Positions 24,523 through 38,408 of a stretch of DNA of 64,000 bases are shown here, one piece after another. The DNA is taken from contig NMRA01000144.1 of the NCBI GenBank assembly GCA_002633005.1, forward strand, positions 608,248-672,247, in the 5' to 3' direction. The stretch's first letter is position 1. The number at the start of each line of letters is the position of its first letter. The position numbers and the translations under genes are program-made. This DNA comes from Phoronis australis. Its lineage: Eukaryota > Animalia > Phoronida. The notes under the pieces were generated by a model. It did no database searches and was not told the DNA's origin. It was given only the letters and a program-made list of their open reading frames with translations.

Positions 24523-25617
24523 AAAGCTTCAACAGTCGCACATAACTAAAGGAATGATTTCTCTAAAAAGGTATGGTACCGTCGAGAATCCCAAGCACCA
24601 GAAATCAAAACGAGGAATTTTGTTTCGGCCTGTGACACATAACGTCCTGAATCAAATTGTCCAACGACAAAACCGTTACGCAATTGCTTCACACATTCGC
24701 CAAACGTGGACTGGAGTCCCCAGAGGTCCAGACGGTGCCTGGTCATTGCGGTTTATCCAAGTAACTGACAATACACGTTTATATGGCAATCCTTACTTTG
24801 TGTATTCAAGCGAGGAAGAGGCAATTTAACGACTGAGGGGGCATAAATAAATGCTGACACTTGACACTACAGCATTTTTTTTTCTGGAAAAACACCACAT
24901 CACGGCCGACAATTCTACACGTATATGGTTGTTTGAGAAAAACTAGTCGCACATTTATGGTTAAATATAATGAATTGATAAGATTGTAAGGTGATTAACC
25001 CTGTATGTTGAATTAATGAACCAGTCGTTTAACAAGCAATGAAAAGATATCAGAAGACGAATTTTCAATCATTCTGATAAAGAGTCGGCCATTGTATAGT
25101 GTTTCGACAAGCACTCGTTAACTCTCCAAATAAGTAGACGCCCTATCCAAATTAATATACTGTAGACCATTATATAAAACTGCTCTTGTGATGGAAAACT
25201 AAATTCAACGGTAACATAACAACGCTAGACTTGAGGGTGACCGATTTGTTCTGTGAGAGAGCAATAAACGGCGCTCACGTGTTTTGGCATCAAATCTAGG
25301 TACGAAAAATAGACAAAAGCTTCAATAAAGCGTTGTTTAAACATACACTCACCTTTCTGCCCGAGGGTGAAATGTCTATCGATTGATCGTGTTTCAAGAT
25401 ATTTTGTACATTTGAACTTTGACGATTTAATTGGATTGTTTTATTTGAGCTAGACCTAACGTGAAACTTCATTGAATGGTGCACCTATTGCAAATCATGC
25501 TCCACCCAATCGCGTAAATATTGAGTATGAAATGCTCGGCTTTTTGATAGTTCAGGTGCGGATAAGGAGTTATTGAACTGAAAATATCACTGACCTCATT
25601 TCTATTTGTTATTTCAG

Positions 25618-27605
25618 ACTACAGAATACATGGGCCGCCACGTACATTAATTTTCATGGTGGTGCATCGCTGACCTGTATGCAGTAGGCCTACTACCTTT
25701 CAGCAATTCCATGGTGACAAGATCTCGTCTCAAGAATTGTCAGCGTGCTAGATGAACTGAAAGCATGTATTGGGTTCGGATCTCATCGGTAGGAGGAACG
25801 CGAGAGAGAAAACATCCGCATATGTCGCTAATACGTCATCAAACGCAATGCTAAACAGCTTTTCATCGGTACGGACAGGTGCGCGCTTTGATGCTACTCG
25901 CGACTGGCACAAAATTCGAAGAGACGTGGCATTCGCTGCGCTGCTAGGACGACATTCGAAGTGCCTGGAAAACGTGGATGATAGGATGATTCATTCTTTG
26001 GCACCGATTCAACAAGTCGTGTGGAAGACGTTAGGGGTATATCACTTGTCCAGCTTGGCGAGAAAACATGGACTTGTGTGTAAGAAATGATCTCATCTGT
26101 ACAGTTGATAGTCACTTGTTTATATTTGCGACCTTATTGGCTCAAGGCTAATTGTTTAGTTGAGGATCTCTTGTGAACTTTATTGACGAGATCTCACTCG
26201 ATTTGAGACTTTGTTGAATATGTTGGCGACCACGTGGTGGTGATTTATTAAATATTTGTAACACGTGTAAATAGAACAAATTTTTCTAAACTTTTTATTG
26301 TTTGATCTACCGATCCGAGGTATCTACCTTCGCTTTTTGCTCACTTGTAAACGTCCCTTTATCCGGTCAATATTTAGGCGGATTCTCTATCGACCAGTTA
26401 CTACCGACTAGTACGTTTTGTAATCTTCCACTGTATCTCCGGGCGCTAAAATCTAAGTGCGTAATAATGATTTTAGCACGCGGGACGATATTCTGCGCAG
26501 CAAACATTCGAGAACAACCTGGGCACAAAGTTGGCATTGAGCCAAAGTTTTTGTTCCAAACTTTCCGCCACGGGGTTTTTCACGGTTCAAGCGATGGGAT
26601 GTCAAAGGTCGCACGATTATGGCACGAGGCCAGGTGAAGCGACACGTGTTTATTGGGTGCCTGAGATGATTGACAACCCTTTGTTGGCATCGTTATATTG
26701 GGCGCTACAAGTGGGACTGAGCGATGATTTACCTCAAGCGGTAATTAAAATTTTCACAATGATCTCAAGAATGTACATAGTGTGGTTTAGTTAGATTATT
26801 TGTAAATATGTACTTACTTTTGTGCAGGTAACTGTGTTGGTCACCAAGTTACGCCAGTAACAAGAGATGTGCCATAACTGAGCAATTTCTCTCTTTAACA
26901 ACCCGTGCAATTGACGTGACATTTCCAGTTGAATTTGTTTTGGTTATGCAAGTGCAATGCGACATTAGATAGCTATCTGAATGTCAAATTCGAAACTTAG
27001 TGCCTCATACAATAGAGCCCAAAGACTGTCCTTGGTGACATACGCATGTACTTAACCAGTATTATCCATAAAAGTTGAAACGGCAAGTATTGATTTATGA
27101 CCAGTATTCTCCCCTCACTTAGTCAGGTGCTCAACACATAGTCAGTTTACAAATGTGGCTTTATCAGCATCACTTGAAAATCACATTGGGCAATTTTTAA
27201 AGTTGATTCAAGTTGGAACAATGTGTATACTGTCACCACTTTAAAACATTCTATTGGAACCAGTACTGTGTTGTTTATGTTTAATTTATTTTTCGTTTGT
27301 AAATATGTAATTCCTGTTATTGTTTTGTTATTATTATATTTAATAGTCAGGTGCTTGATTGACTGACAAACATTGATGTGTGCCATAGAACAAATTAAGT
27401 CAGGTAGCACACAAGAAATTGATGTTTATGGAGTATTAAACTTAAAGTCTCCCTTTGTTCAATTCCAAAATAGACATGGAATAGAAATGGGAAGTTTGTT
27501 GGTTTTTTTTGAAATTTGGAATTGTCATGTTGAATTCCTGCAAAATGGCAAATGAATCCTTGTTGTGCAAGAAATTGAAAATAAAATTGCTGTAAATGTA
27601 AATTT
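25618..27605 (+). other. Candidate terminal non-coding exon (3' UTR) of the BH3-only gene
   Basis: Starts at a strong acceptor; contains four Pumilio TGTAHATA elements (26266, 26772, 26801, 27298), U-rich tracts and conserved-miRNA seed matches on the + strand; AATAAA at 27580-27585. Confidence 0.5.
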
Positions 27606-27973
27606 ATTTGCTTATTGCAAAAAGTCAACAAGAGCAATGGACAACTTCACCTATATGAATGAAATCTCTAAAGTGTGAGGATGCAAAATTGTACTATTAA
27701 CTAATTAAGTTCATAACAGTTTTATTTTTAAGAAACTTGTGACAATTTTTACCAACAAGCACAATGAACAGATCTAGTGACAAATCGAAAACCACACAAT
27801 GCATGTAATTTAGGTGCAGGACCTCCTGAGAGGCACTCTTCTCAGTCAGGGTGGGTAAAATGAATTTTAAATCAACCAATCAAGTCAACACCAATTCCAA
27901 ATTGATACATTTCGAGTTACTTGAAACTTGAAACTCATTTTTTGAAAAACCAAGTGGAATTATCCTATACCCA

Positions 27974-28135
27974 CAGGGGCGGATCCAGGATTTTAAGTAA
28001 GGGAGGCCATGGCAGAGTATTAGCCAGGATTTTGCCCATCAGACATTCGCACCCCTGTAGTGCCAAATGAAATCTAGGATAATTTTAGGGGGGGGGGGCA
28101 TGGCCCCCTCCCCCCCCCCCTTAAATCCACCACTG
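27974..28135 (+). mobile_element. MITE family A, full-length copy
   Basis: CAGGGGCGGATCCAGG...TAAATCCACCACTG flanked by ACCCA direct repeats (27969-27973, 28136-28140). Confidence 0.85.
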
Positions 28136-28434
28136 ACCCATTATCATACAGCCACAATATACAGGTGCTATTTAATGGTCAGATACAAAGAAACTTCTTT
28201 TTCCTACAAAACACCCATTTGATATGGAAGCAAATGCCAGCAAATAACCATTTGATATGGAAGAAACAACAAAACCTGTTCCAAACATCACACACAGATG
28301 AGACTTTACACTTGTAACAGTTTACTGGACTTTTTTAATACTCCAAAGCACCAAAAGAAACAAGCTAATCATAATATTTTTGACTTCTTTGAAGCAATAA
28401 AATATGAATCAAAAATACAGCTACCTTTTAGTCA

Positions 28435-31400
28435 TTTATTATACAGTGTACTACATTGCTTGACAATTCATTCACAAAAATCACTAGCAATTTTTTAACG
28501 AGTTTCTTGCAACACCTGTGCAATCTGCAACCAGAATGAACAATAGAACAATGTTTGGAAGAGGACACAAAAACACTGGAGCAATCTGTGCAAAACTGCT
28601 TCAGCACCACAATCCTGGTTGGCACTAGGATAAATGAGTTTTTGCTCTGGTTCAAATACTTTTCCATATCAGGGACCTGGAAATAATAACTATTCAAGAC
28701 TCAATGACACCAAACCTCATCATAAATTTAGTTACATTTGTAAATAAACAAAAATATATACATGGCCATAACTTACAAAATGTTCCTATTTGATACAGAT
28801 TTCTTTAAAAACAATTCGACATTGATTGTTAGATAACTCCTGTCTGCATTTCTCCTATTGTCTAAAAATACTCCTTGTGTGGGGATCCGATCTGTGCAGT
28901 AGTTCCCAAGCAACATGGTTAAAAGAACAAATGATAGAAAAATTGTTTTAAAAGATCATGTTAGACCTTAGTACTTCTAATGTACACTACATTCATGAAG
29001 GAAAGAAATAAAAGAGATCTCAGTGAGTAGTACCAGACATCATAGTAAAAGTCATGACATAACAAACCATGCACAACACAGAAATAGTCAGGGTACTTGG
29101 CATAGCAGGTTTTTAACGAAATCTGCATCAGAGAGGAGCTACTTCCAAATTTGGCTGCTGTCCACTGAATGGAAACAAATAAATGTAAACACATTTTAAC
29201 AACACCCTGAAACCCTTCTCAGGATGCAGGACAACATGGTGCAGTTTGAAAATAAAATAAAAAAATCTTTCATGTGAAATCCAACTATTCTTGAACAATG
29301 CTTTATCAACAATGAAATATGTCAATTTCAAATATGAGAATGGTGAAATTAAGCTAAATCAATAGCAAAAACAAGTAAAAGTTGCCTGCTGAGTGAAATG
29401 AATATACATGTATCTAACTCCTGTCATAGAAATGAATATATCTAACTCCTCTCGTGGCAATGAATATATCTAATTTCTTTTGTAGGAATGAATGTATGCA
29501 ATTTCTCACTTCTTTTGTAGAAATGAATGTATCTAATTTCTTTTGTAAGAATGAATATATCTAACTTCTTTACTAGAAATAAATATATCTTTTTTTTCAT
29601 AGGCATGATTTTTAAAAAAGAGAAAAACAATTTTGGATTGCACTGTTTCAATTTTCAAGGTCTCAAGTTACATAGGTATAGAACATGTTAACAATTAATT
29701 TATTTTGGTACATGTACTTAAATGAATTTTTTCAAAAAAAAAACAAGAAAATTGGTGAAAAATACTTTATTTGCAACATACAAAATGCAGATGGAAGACC
29801 AGTTGAGAATTTTGTTTTTCAAATATCAAATATTAAATTGGGTGCTGACAAAATCAAAAGCATGGCTTAATATATATTTCCTGGATAGTCAATAGAATAT
29901 GTTTCTTTCTTGTTTCTAGTTAGCTATCACTGTAGGGAATTTCTAATATCAGTGTTTTCCTTTCAGGCCACATCACTTGCTCCCTGGAGTTGTAACAGTA
30001 AAATCTTATAAACTTAAGACACAATATGCCAGAGAGGTGAAACTTTATTTTCTCATTTTTGCTAAATGATGTACAGTGCCAAAATGATGCTTTGCCCTAT
30101 CCATGTTCTGTACCATAATTACCAACAGATGTTTTTTAAAAAAACGTGGGCATTCACAGGAATGTTAGAAGATGTTGAATAATTTTTGTCCATACAGTAG
30201 CACTGGTGAAAGGCATACTGCTTACAAGTGTAAATATGGACAGGAAAACCTCTCAACAGTATGCTGGTTTAAGCTGTTAATTACGTATGACCAGCACATC
30301 ACAGGTGCAAACCAAGGGCTCATCAATCATTTCAGATGCTTGTCATTTAGTAAGTCATTGTGGGAGTCCACTATATCAAAAGGTTAACCAAATAGAAATG
30401 TGCACAAATAACACTACTGTGTCTAATCCTGGCTCAACAGATTGGGTTTCAGTTTAAATACAATAAAAGTAGATGATTTTAAGCAACAGTAGTTAACTTT
30501 TCTACTACTGAAGCTCCAGTGTTACATGTGGCAACACCAAAACTTCAGCTTCAGAGCCAATAGGCAAGGCCTTTAAGACAAGGGGAGTATTAATTCTGCA
30601 TAGCTAATGCCTCAACAGTGACTAAGAAACTCCTTATGAAAATATTCCTGCATGTTACATTCTCTGAAAGGCATTACCTCCACACAGCAAACAAAACAAC
30701 ATTGTGCTCTGCAGCTATAAGAGGGGATAATGCCTATGCCTTGTGGCACTGAATGGATCTTAGGGTAGTTTTATATGCTATGACTTGACTTTACTCATAT
30801 TAGTGGTGCAATTTGAAGTCACAAATAACACCACTAGTTGTTAAATATCAATTTCTAACAAAGCACATACCCATGACAAAAAGAATTGTCTGGTCATCTA
30901 AACATAAAATAAAATAAACAAAATGTTAAGTAACAGAATATGTTCTGAAACCAAGTTTAAATAATTTAATAGCGTGGTCATTTCACTTATTTCAATCATT
31001 ACTCTTGCTAATAATGCTGTAGTTGATGTTGTTTTTACTATTATCACCTGATTAAAACAGAGCATTTAGACATTTCTTTCTGGCAATTTTTGACTACTGT
31101 ATTCATTCCAGTTAATACTCAACTCTCCAAATTTTGATTTTTAAAGCCCATGCTCCCCTCAACGTTTTACCGATGTTTATACCAATCCATAGTTACTCAA
31201 TTAAATGTGCCAGTGTCTTCATGAAAGCCCCTATCACACAATTATCATTCCCAAAAGATATGTAATGTGTTTACCTTTGAGTAACCAACAGTCAGTTTCA
31301 GTGGAACCTTGCATATTCAGGAGGGAAAGTACTGTCAACTAATCAACTAATTGACAAACATTATACCGGCAAACAAACTTTCATTTTGTCAAATAATGAG

Positions 31401-33673
31401 GATAAAGACAATTTTTGTCAACTTTTCCTCGAGTTTGTACAATGTAGCTAACATAAAACAACATTTGGTAAAGTTTCCATGATTTGCAGCAAGGTAATTG
31501 GCCCTTGAAAGATGGAAAATGACAATTTTGACAATTATCTATGTGTGAAATAAGTGAAGAATTCCCGTACCCTGTGTATTCGGCAACCAAAACCAAGCTT
31601 TCATATTCTATCAATTATACCAAATGACATAAAAGAAAAATGCCAACTACATTGATTCAATGAACAGTAGAAAGGAATATTGTGTACTTGAGTAGTCTCA
31701 TATTTTCTACCTTCCCAACTGACACTGGAGTTTAACCAGTCATTTCAATTCAATTGAACTGGACAAAAATGGATTATGACACATTACACAAAATAAACAT
31801 TAACTTGTAGAATTCATTGAACTCTATAAGGCTAATTAAAGGATTATGTGGCTTAACACAAGGCGGAAATAATTTCTCATTTTTTGAAACTGAAATTCCA
31901 AACTGAGTTTTTGTTAACAAGTTGATTGTGCTTAAAGGATGCTTGTCATAAAATAAACAAGTCTTAGTATTTAAACAATACTTTAGACTACCTGCACTGA
32001 CACAAAAATGGAGGTACCGAATTCCATACTTATTCTCTCTACAGTAGCAGATTTTCTGCACTGGGCTAATCTACACTGATCAGATTAGCAAAACAATCAG
32101 GGGTAATCAAGAGGCACTGACATTCCTTTACGCAAGCTGTAGCCCAAGTGCTGTCATAGAAGTTTTCTCCCATGGTGACAAAATTTTTTTAAAAATGTGA
32201 ATAAAGGTTGTGACCTTTTGAAGAAGTACTTTTGATTTGTCTTAATTTACAGTAGTAAAAAAACAAAAAATACAACAATGCAATTAAAAGTTAGAATGAT
32301 AGCTATGCAATGGTAATCAAAATTAGAAAAAAAACCCTGCAACAATATTCATATTAAAGAAATTCTTAAATCTGCACCAAAATGCCCTTTAAGAAGAATG
32401 AACTCAATGCCAGAGTAAACAGTTTACATTAGAAACATTGCATCTAGGGGAGATACCAAGTGGTCTTTTCAACAGACTGTTGTATTATGTTTAACTAGGG
32501 GAGAAATCAATAACAAAGAGACTTTCACTACAAAATGAAAGGCAAACCATTGACATAGACCTAGTAACCAAGAGTTTCCAGAGTGGGGACAACAAATCTT
32601 TTCATTGGCGTAATCACAAACTCAACAACGACAGGCACTTGCATGGCAAATATAATAAATGGCCTGTATATTTTATGTGAATCTCCAGTTGTGTACTTGA
32701 CTTCAGATAAACAATGTGTACAAAGGAGACTACGCCTGATTTATCAACATATTTGTTGACAGCAAAAGAATTAATAACTTCATAACCAGCAATCAGCCTA
32801 GTTCCATTTCACTTTCTTGAAAACGAATGTTTCAATGATGTAAACCATCCTGGATGCAAAGATAAACTCCCTATTGTATAATAACAGTCGGATTTAAAGC
32901 TGCAGTTTTTCTCAGTATTAACACTGTTGAAATTATCACAATTGAAAAATACCTTCGAAAATTAACCATGATTCCTTCTTTTCAATGACAATGATTCATT
33001 TTCTTCCAAAAAAATTTTTAGAACAAATAAATTTTGCTGAAGCAAAATGAAAACAAGAGACATGGAAAGTGCTGAATCCATCGTCCGTGAAAATTAGATA
33101 AAATTTTGAAAGGTACTTAAAACGAAGCCGGGGGATTTTTTTCAAATTCATTTCCCCATTTACACCTCACCTGGTAATTTCCAATCACGTTTTTCTGAAT
33201 TTTATTCTATACTGTGTACATGATCTGACTTCTGATAACCCATTCAGTTTGTTTAGCACCTAATGCCCTATTTGAGTAGGAGACGACAGTTGTGAACTTT
33301 TAACAATACATGCGATAAAACGAGAACTACGTATCTACCGTAACAAAATTGCGAAATAAGAACAACCATTAGACTGCTCACAAAACAACAGCAGTTGCCA
33401 GCTGCATTATTACGGTAGTTAACTACATCGGATATCCAACTGCACCTGATGACCTTAAAAGCATGTGTGAGCCAAGAAAATTGTATGACTTTCCATAAAC
33501 AGATGACAAACAGCAAACATATACATGACGTAAAACAACTGTCTGAGAGTGATACCAATACTGGGCGAAAAGCAAAACACATACTCAGTTCCAGTTGAGT
33601 GACTTGAAGGGAATCTACGCTTTGAGGGGCAAGAGGGTAACTTCAAAAACCAATATACAGTTGCTCCAAGGAC
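28435..33673 (-). other. Candidate terminal exon / long 3' UTR of an unidentified convergent minus-strand gene
   Basis: Strong minus-strand acceptor TTTTCTATCTCTTTGTAG|G at 33673; minus-strand AATAAA at 29766, 29699 and 28435 (also 27603); T/G-rich minus strand. Could instead be an 89-nt internal exon ending at GA|GTATGT (33585). Confidence 0.35.
29394..29592. repeat. Minisatellite, ~28-29 bp unit (GAAATGAATATATCTAAYTYCTTTTGTA)
   Basis: About 6-7 degenerate tandem copies. Confidence 0.8.
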
Positions 33674-35553
33674 CTACAAAGAGATAGAAAACGTAAATTA
33701 AGAGAAAACTGGAGAACTGTTACAGTCACTTATGTCTGAGAAAATGACCATGACATATAATCACGGAAATATAAAGTGGTTGGCACAGACAACATGAATG
33801 GTGCAAAATCATGGAAATGACTATCACATCTGTTTACTCATTAAATTGCACAGCATGCTTCGATAAACAGATATGATTATAAATAATTAATTAAATCTTT
33901 CAAGTGATGAAATGAAATGTCACAGTTTCAACACAGCACAACAAGTGTGACGCATAGATTCTGAACTAACTGAACTGGTAGTGGGAGTCAGTTAAGGTTT
34001 CATAGGGGTTATATCTTTATTGGTCTGTTTTGACCAAGCTCATTTGGATATGGAAAAAGTCTGATTAAATATGTGACATGAGTGAACACTGAACTGACTG
34101 ACAATCAGACCAGATAATTACTGTTTGTATTATACAGTCACTGGTCATAACTGACATTGTTATTTTCATTTTCATCTTGCTGAGGCATGGTCCAAAATGA
34201 TGTTGACATTTTCAAAAGCCTGCAAAACCAGGAAAGGCCAGGTGGAATAGTTAGCAACTTGTCCATGTTTTAAAGTTTCTGAAATTTTTTGGTTTTTCTA
34301 GAGGGGAAATCAGCGTTTTTGAAAATAATATTTTAGAACGATCGAAAGGTTCAGCCAAAAAGTATGTTTAATAAGCCTTTGATAATTATGAACGACTCCA
34401 TATTTTGCAGGTAATAAGACACGAAATGCAACAAGAAAACAACATGGGCAATAAAATGTAAACCCAGGATACCCGACTATAATCACATTCAGCATACAAC
34501 CTGTGAACCAGCATGTTGATAATCATGACACATAGACAAGCCTGTACAAAAAACATGCCAAGGTCACTGAGTGCACTTTCCATAAAACTTGACCTGAATA
34601 CAGCATTAGTGTACTGAGTGATAAAAATCATCTCTTACATCAGATAAGGATTGTTTAGACTGACAACAGTATTTGTGCAATCTTGGATTTGCAAATTGAA
34701 AATCAATTTTATAGATTTGATCCAGGCAGATGGCAAATCATGATAAGACAAGGCCAGTGAAGGCAGCTGGTTTCAGACAGCACTATATGTATCAGTGGGT
34801 GGTGTAGGTGCCACCCTCACCACCAGCAGTCCTATAATTGTATGCCAACAAACAAAATATAATAATCTCATCTTTCAAAACACCTGGAAACACAATTCAC
34901 TCGCTTCCAGTGATACTTCTGAGTTGTCACAGCACATAATTTTGCAGAATTTTGTGTTTTTCTGGAGTTTTAAATGTGACTTGATTTTTGTCATGAAGGC
35001 AGAAATAGAAGCTATTTATCGTTTTGAAGAATAAAATGAAACACTAACATTTGTGAGAGGTGTAGATTGTTTTAAATGTCCATTACCTTGTCATTCTAAC
35101 ATACATATTCTGCCATTATCACAAGTAATGCAAACGAAAGTAATAGAGCCTCACAAGACATGAAGGTCACCATTGGGCACTCAGTGTAGTTAAACTTAAG
35201 GACAAGAATATTGCATCTCATTATCCACAGTTGATTACACAACCAGCATCAGAAAGCCTAAACTCATTGAGGCAGTGTTGAGCTTTAGCTGGACAGGGTA
35301 ATTGGTTTCTGAGAAACTAATGATTACTTTCTGCTCTCCACAAACAGACTTACCCTAGAATAAGGTACTCCTGAAACTAGGGTAGCTTTCGCCACTTGTA
35401 ATCGCTGTGAGGCTGCACAAGTGGGGTAGGGCAGAAGTAATTATCTGCTGTAGTTACATACAGACCCGGTTTTCTTTTGCACGCCATACTCGCATTAGGT
35501 GTTCATTGTCATGCACAGGGCGACAACTTCCACCTCCCCCTAGTTATCGTATA

Positions 35554-35590
35554 TGTGTGTGTGTGTGCGTGCGTGCATGTGTGTGTATGT
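35554..35590. repeat. Degenerate (TG)n microsatellite
   Basis: Visible TG/CGTG repeats. Confidence 0.8.
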
Positions 35591-36958
35591 GGGGATGCTC
35601 CACTTAAAAGTGGCGTAAGTTGCACTAGTGCAAGTTGTTCTGGGGTAAGCTGTGCTTGTGGACAAGACTTTATTCAGTCTGAATGGCCAGTGTTCAGAAT
35701 ACACAAACTCAATTATAGAGTTAATTAAGTAGTAGCACATGGACTCATCACTTTGTAAAGTGCCCTGCTTTTGAGTTTTTATCCACCACCCATGAGGTTA
35801 GGACCAATATGACAATAGATTCCTCATTATCACAAGTAGCTGAATAAATAAACCTGGCAACTGAGCAGATAACAGACAGTAATACACAAATCAATGCCAC
35901 TGGCTTGCAATACCAAGAATAAAGGATGCTGACTTCAATACAACAACACTACCATATTTTACATATCAATCATTCTTAAAAACTTCACTAGGCAGATAAA
36001 TATCCATCTGAAGGCAGATTTCTCAGAGTAAAATTTATAGGAAGACCTTCAAAAGAAATAACAGATAGGTATCTGCACAAGGCTCAAACTGAGCCCCTTC
36101 AGTTCTCTGGCTTTTTTGCACCATGATTGGAGTTTCTCAAGTTATTTGTTGGTGCATTGTTTTTTTCAAGCTATTCTCTACTGTATTGGACCTTCCAATG
36201 CCAGCAAAGTTTTACTGTTGTGCTGTGGGGTGCAACTCTAATGGCAGAAAGTTGGAACTTGAGAAGCATCCATGAATGCAATATTTTCCGGTATGATTCC
36301 TAGAATCAGTCTGACATTTCTAAAATGAGGCCAATGTAACAACTTTTTTTAGCTTTAGAACAATGTCAATTTCTATGCGAAACTGTCAAATTGTTTACTT
36401 TGTCTGATTTGAAGGAGTCAAAACCAGGATCCTGCAGTCTCTGTGTCACAAATTTGTTAAGCATCTGACAGTATCTGTAAAAGTGTGAAGTTGTTTTGGA
36501 CACTGTTTCTACTTCCTTGGTATTTGAACATCTCATCACTCTACACACTATGAGAATTTGTGAATGTACATAGAGAAACACAATGCCATCTTATCCACAG
36601 TGCTATAGAGTAAAATCTCACCACTTTGGGATATTACGAAAATTGACCTTTTTCAAAGGCTTTTTATACTGTTATGAATACCCACTGTTTCTCAGAGCAT
36701 TGTCTGGTGGTAAAAAAAAAATGAAAAAACAAGTATTTTTTAAAATTTGGTGGTTTTTGAATTTTATGCCACATCAGCTCCTAAACTGTTAAGATTTTAC
36801 ACAGTATTCACATGAACGGCTTTAATGTTTTAATGAAGGTCTTGCGTGTGTGGCAAGAGAGAAAGTTTTTGCCAATTTTGAGTTGAGAGTGAACTAATTA
36901 CTAACTGAATTGTTTATGATCTGTGAGATGTCACATGATCTACTGGGTTTTACACAGA

Positions 36959-36960
<2 letters not shown>

Positions 36961-36989
<29 letters not shown>
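36961..36989. repeat. (AC)n microsatellite
   Basis: Pure AC run. Confidence 0.95.
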
Positions 36990-36992
<3 letters not shown>

Positions 36993-37254
36993 AAACACAG
37001 GGATGAAACTTGTTAGTTTGTGTTTGGCTGACATTTGTTCAGTGTTCAGTGTTGGATAAGAATCAGCTGTAAGATCATTTTGAGTCATTTTCATTAATCG
37101 CAACATCTCAGTTCCTGAGAAGTTACCTATTGAACATTTTGTCTGTTTGGAAATTTGCAGTCCATTTATGTTTGTGTCTAAAATCTGTTTTCTAATGACT
37201 GTTTTGAACAGCAGCACAATTTCAACAAAAATAAAAAATAGGGATTGTTCTAAA

Positions 37255-37843
37255 ACCCCCTCAACCCCCTCAAGCCCCTATCCCTCGACCCCCTCGTCCC
37301 ATGACCTCCAACTCCCTCGACCCACCACTTACAATACCCAAAGCCAGGTTCGGCTCCGTCACGTTACCGACACACCTGCAGCTTCACTGGGTTTGGCTGG
37401 TATTAAGAACACTGTACACTAACATTTATACAAACTGGCACCTTTTTTGTTAAATGCCTTTAACGACAGTCCCATACCTGACACTGAATAATTACAATAA
37501 GGAGAAAAAATCGGCGACAATGAAGCATGAATCATGATGAAATGCCCAAAGTTCAATTGAGAATTACACTGATTTTATCCCAGAAAACAGTTGTTCTAAC
37601 CTTTTTTAGAAAAATCTTCGATTTTCTTATGTGAATGCTTTTCTTTTGCTTTTATATTCGTAAAAATCTTTGAGGTCAATGATCGTCGACCTCTATGTTG
37701 AACCAGGTGACGACAAGGAAAGTCATTCAGCGACGTAATAAAATTATGAAATATTTAAAAAGTGCAGACACCTCTATTATCACAGGTCGTAGGTCGAGGG
37801 GGTCGTGGGTCAAGGGGGTTGTGAGTTGAGGGGGTCGTGGGTC
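37255..37843. mobile_element. Element with inverted arrays of CCCTCGACC-like subterminal repeats
   Basis: C-rich array (CCCCTCAACC/CCCTCGACC) at ~37255-37325 and complementary G-rich array (GGTCGAGGGGG) at ~37785-37843; abuts the single N at 37844. Confidence 0.45.
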
Positions 37844-37883
37844 NCATCACACATAAACTGATGTGACCAGACAATAACTAAGT

Positions 37884-38408
37884 TAAGATTATGTACAAAC
37901 CTTATACGCTAATCTGTATATTTAATCGAATATTTTAACTCTGTAAAAGTATGTATTTTCCGAAACTTAATCCTGTAGAATTTGACAATCATACTAGTTT
38001 GCTATTACATGGGTCAGGTGGCCATGTCCTTAGTAAAATTTAGCAAAAAAGAAAGGTATGTCCTCCAGCAAAACAAGCGTATCAGTCAATAACATGACCA
38101 ATTTTCGCTTGGCATGTTGTTCAAGATGAAATCTTAAAAACACTGCTACAGTTTTCTAAATTATTATTTCATTTTTGTTCTATGCAACTTTAGACTTTTC
38201 ATAAAAATCTTGAAAACCTTATTTTTGACAGCATACTGTGAAAAAGTGTTACATTTTAAAAACTATTCCTGAAAGAATTTTGAAAAACATTGCATAAAGT
38301 ATGGTATCTGAAAGTTTCACATAAATCCAATCAGTCATTTCTGAGATAATACGTTCCGGTGAAAATTATCCAAATTTGGACATTTGTCAGGGGTCCAACA
38401 TAACCTTA
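37884..38408 (-). mobile_element. MITE family C (TAAGGTTATGT termini)
   Basis: TAAGATTATGT...ACATAACCTTA; reverse-complement homologue of 46358-46889 (e.g. TCCAAATTTGG, CTCAGAAATG, TTTTGCTAAATTTTACTAA). Confidence 0.7.

Larger units (their letters stand above)
21200..25617 (+). other. Candidate 3' UTR intron of the BH3-only gene
   Basis: Strong donor AAG|GTAAGA 3 nt after the TGA stop; strong acceptor with branch-point-like CTGAC and pyrimidine tract (CACTGACCTCATTTCTATTTGTTATTTCAG) ending at 25617. The pairing of the two sites is inferred. Confidence 0.5.

Noticed and set aside
29394-29592. Regularly spaced ~29-bp repeats as a CRISPR-like array
   Set aside because: Units are head-to-tail without unique spacers, there are no cas genes, and the context is eukaryotic; it is a minisatellite.
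37844-37844. Single N
   Set aside because: Assembly ambiguity or gap marker; the junction between the flanking repeats should not be interpreted biologically.
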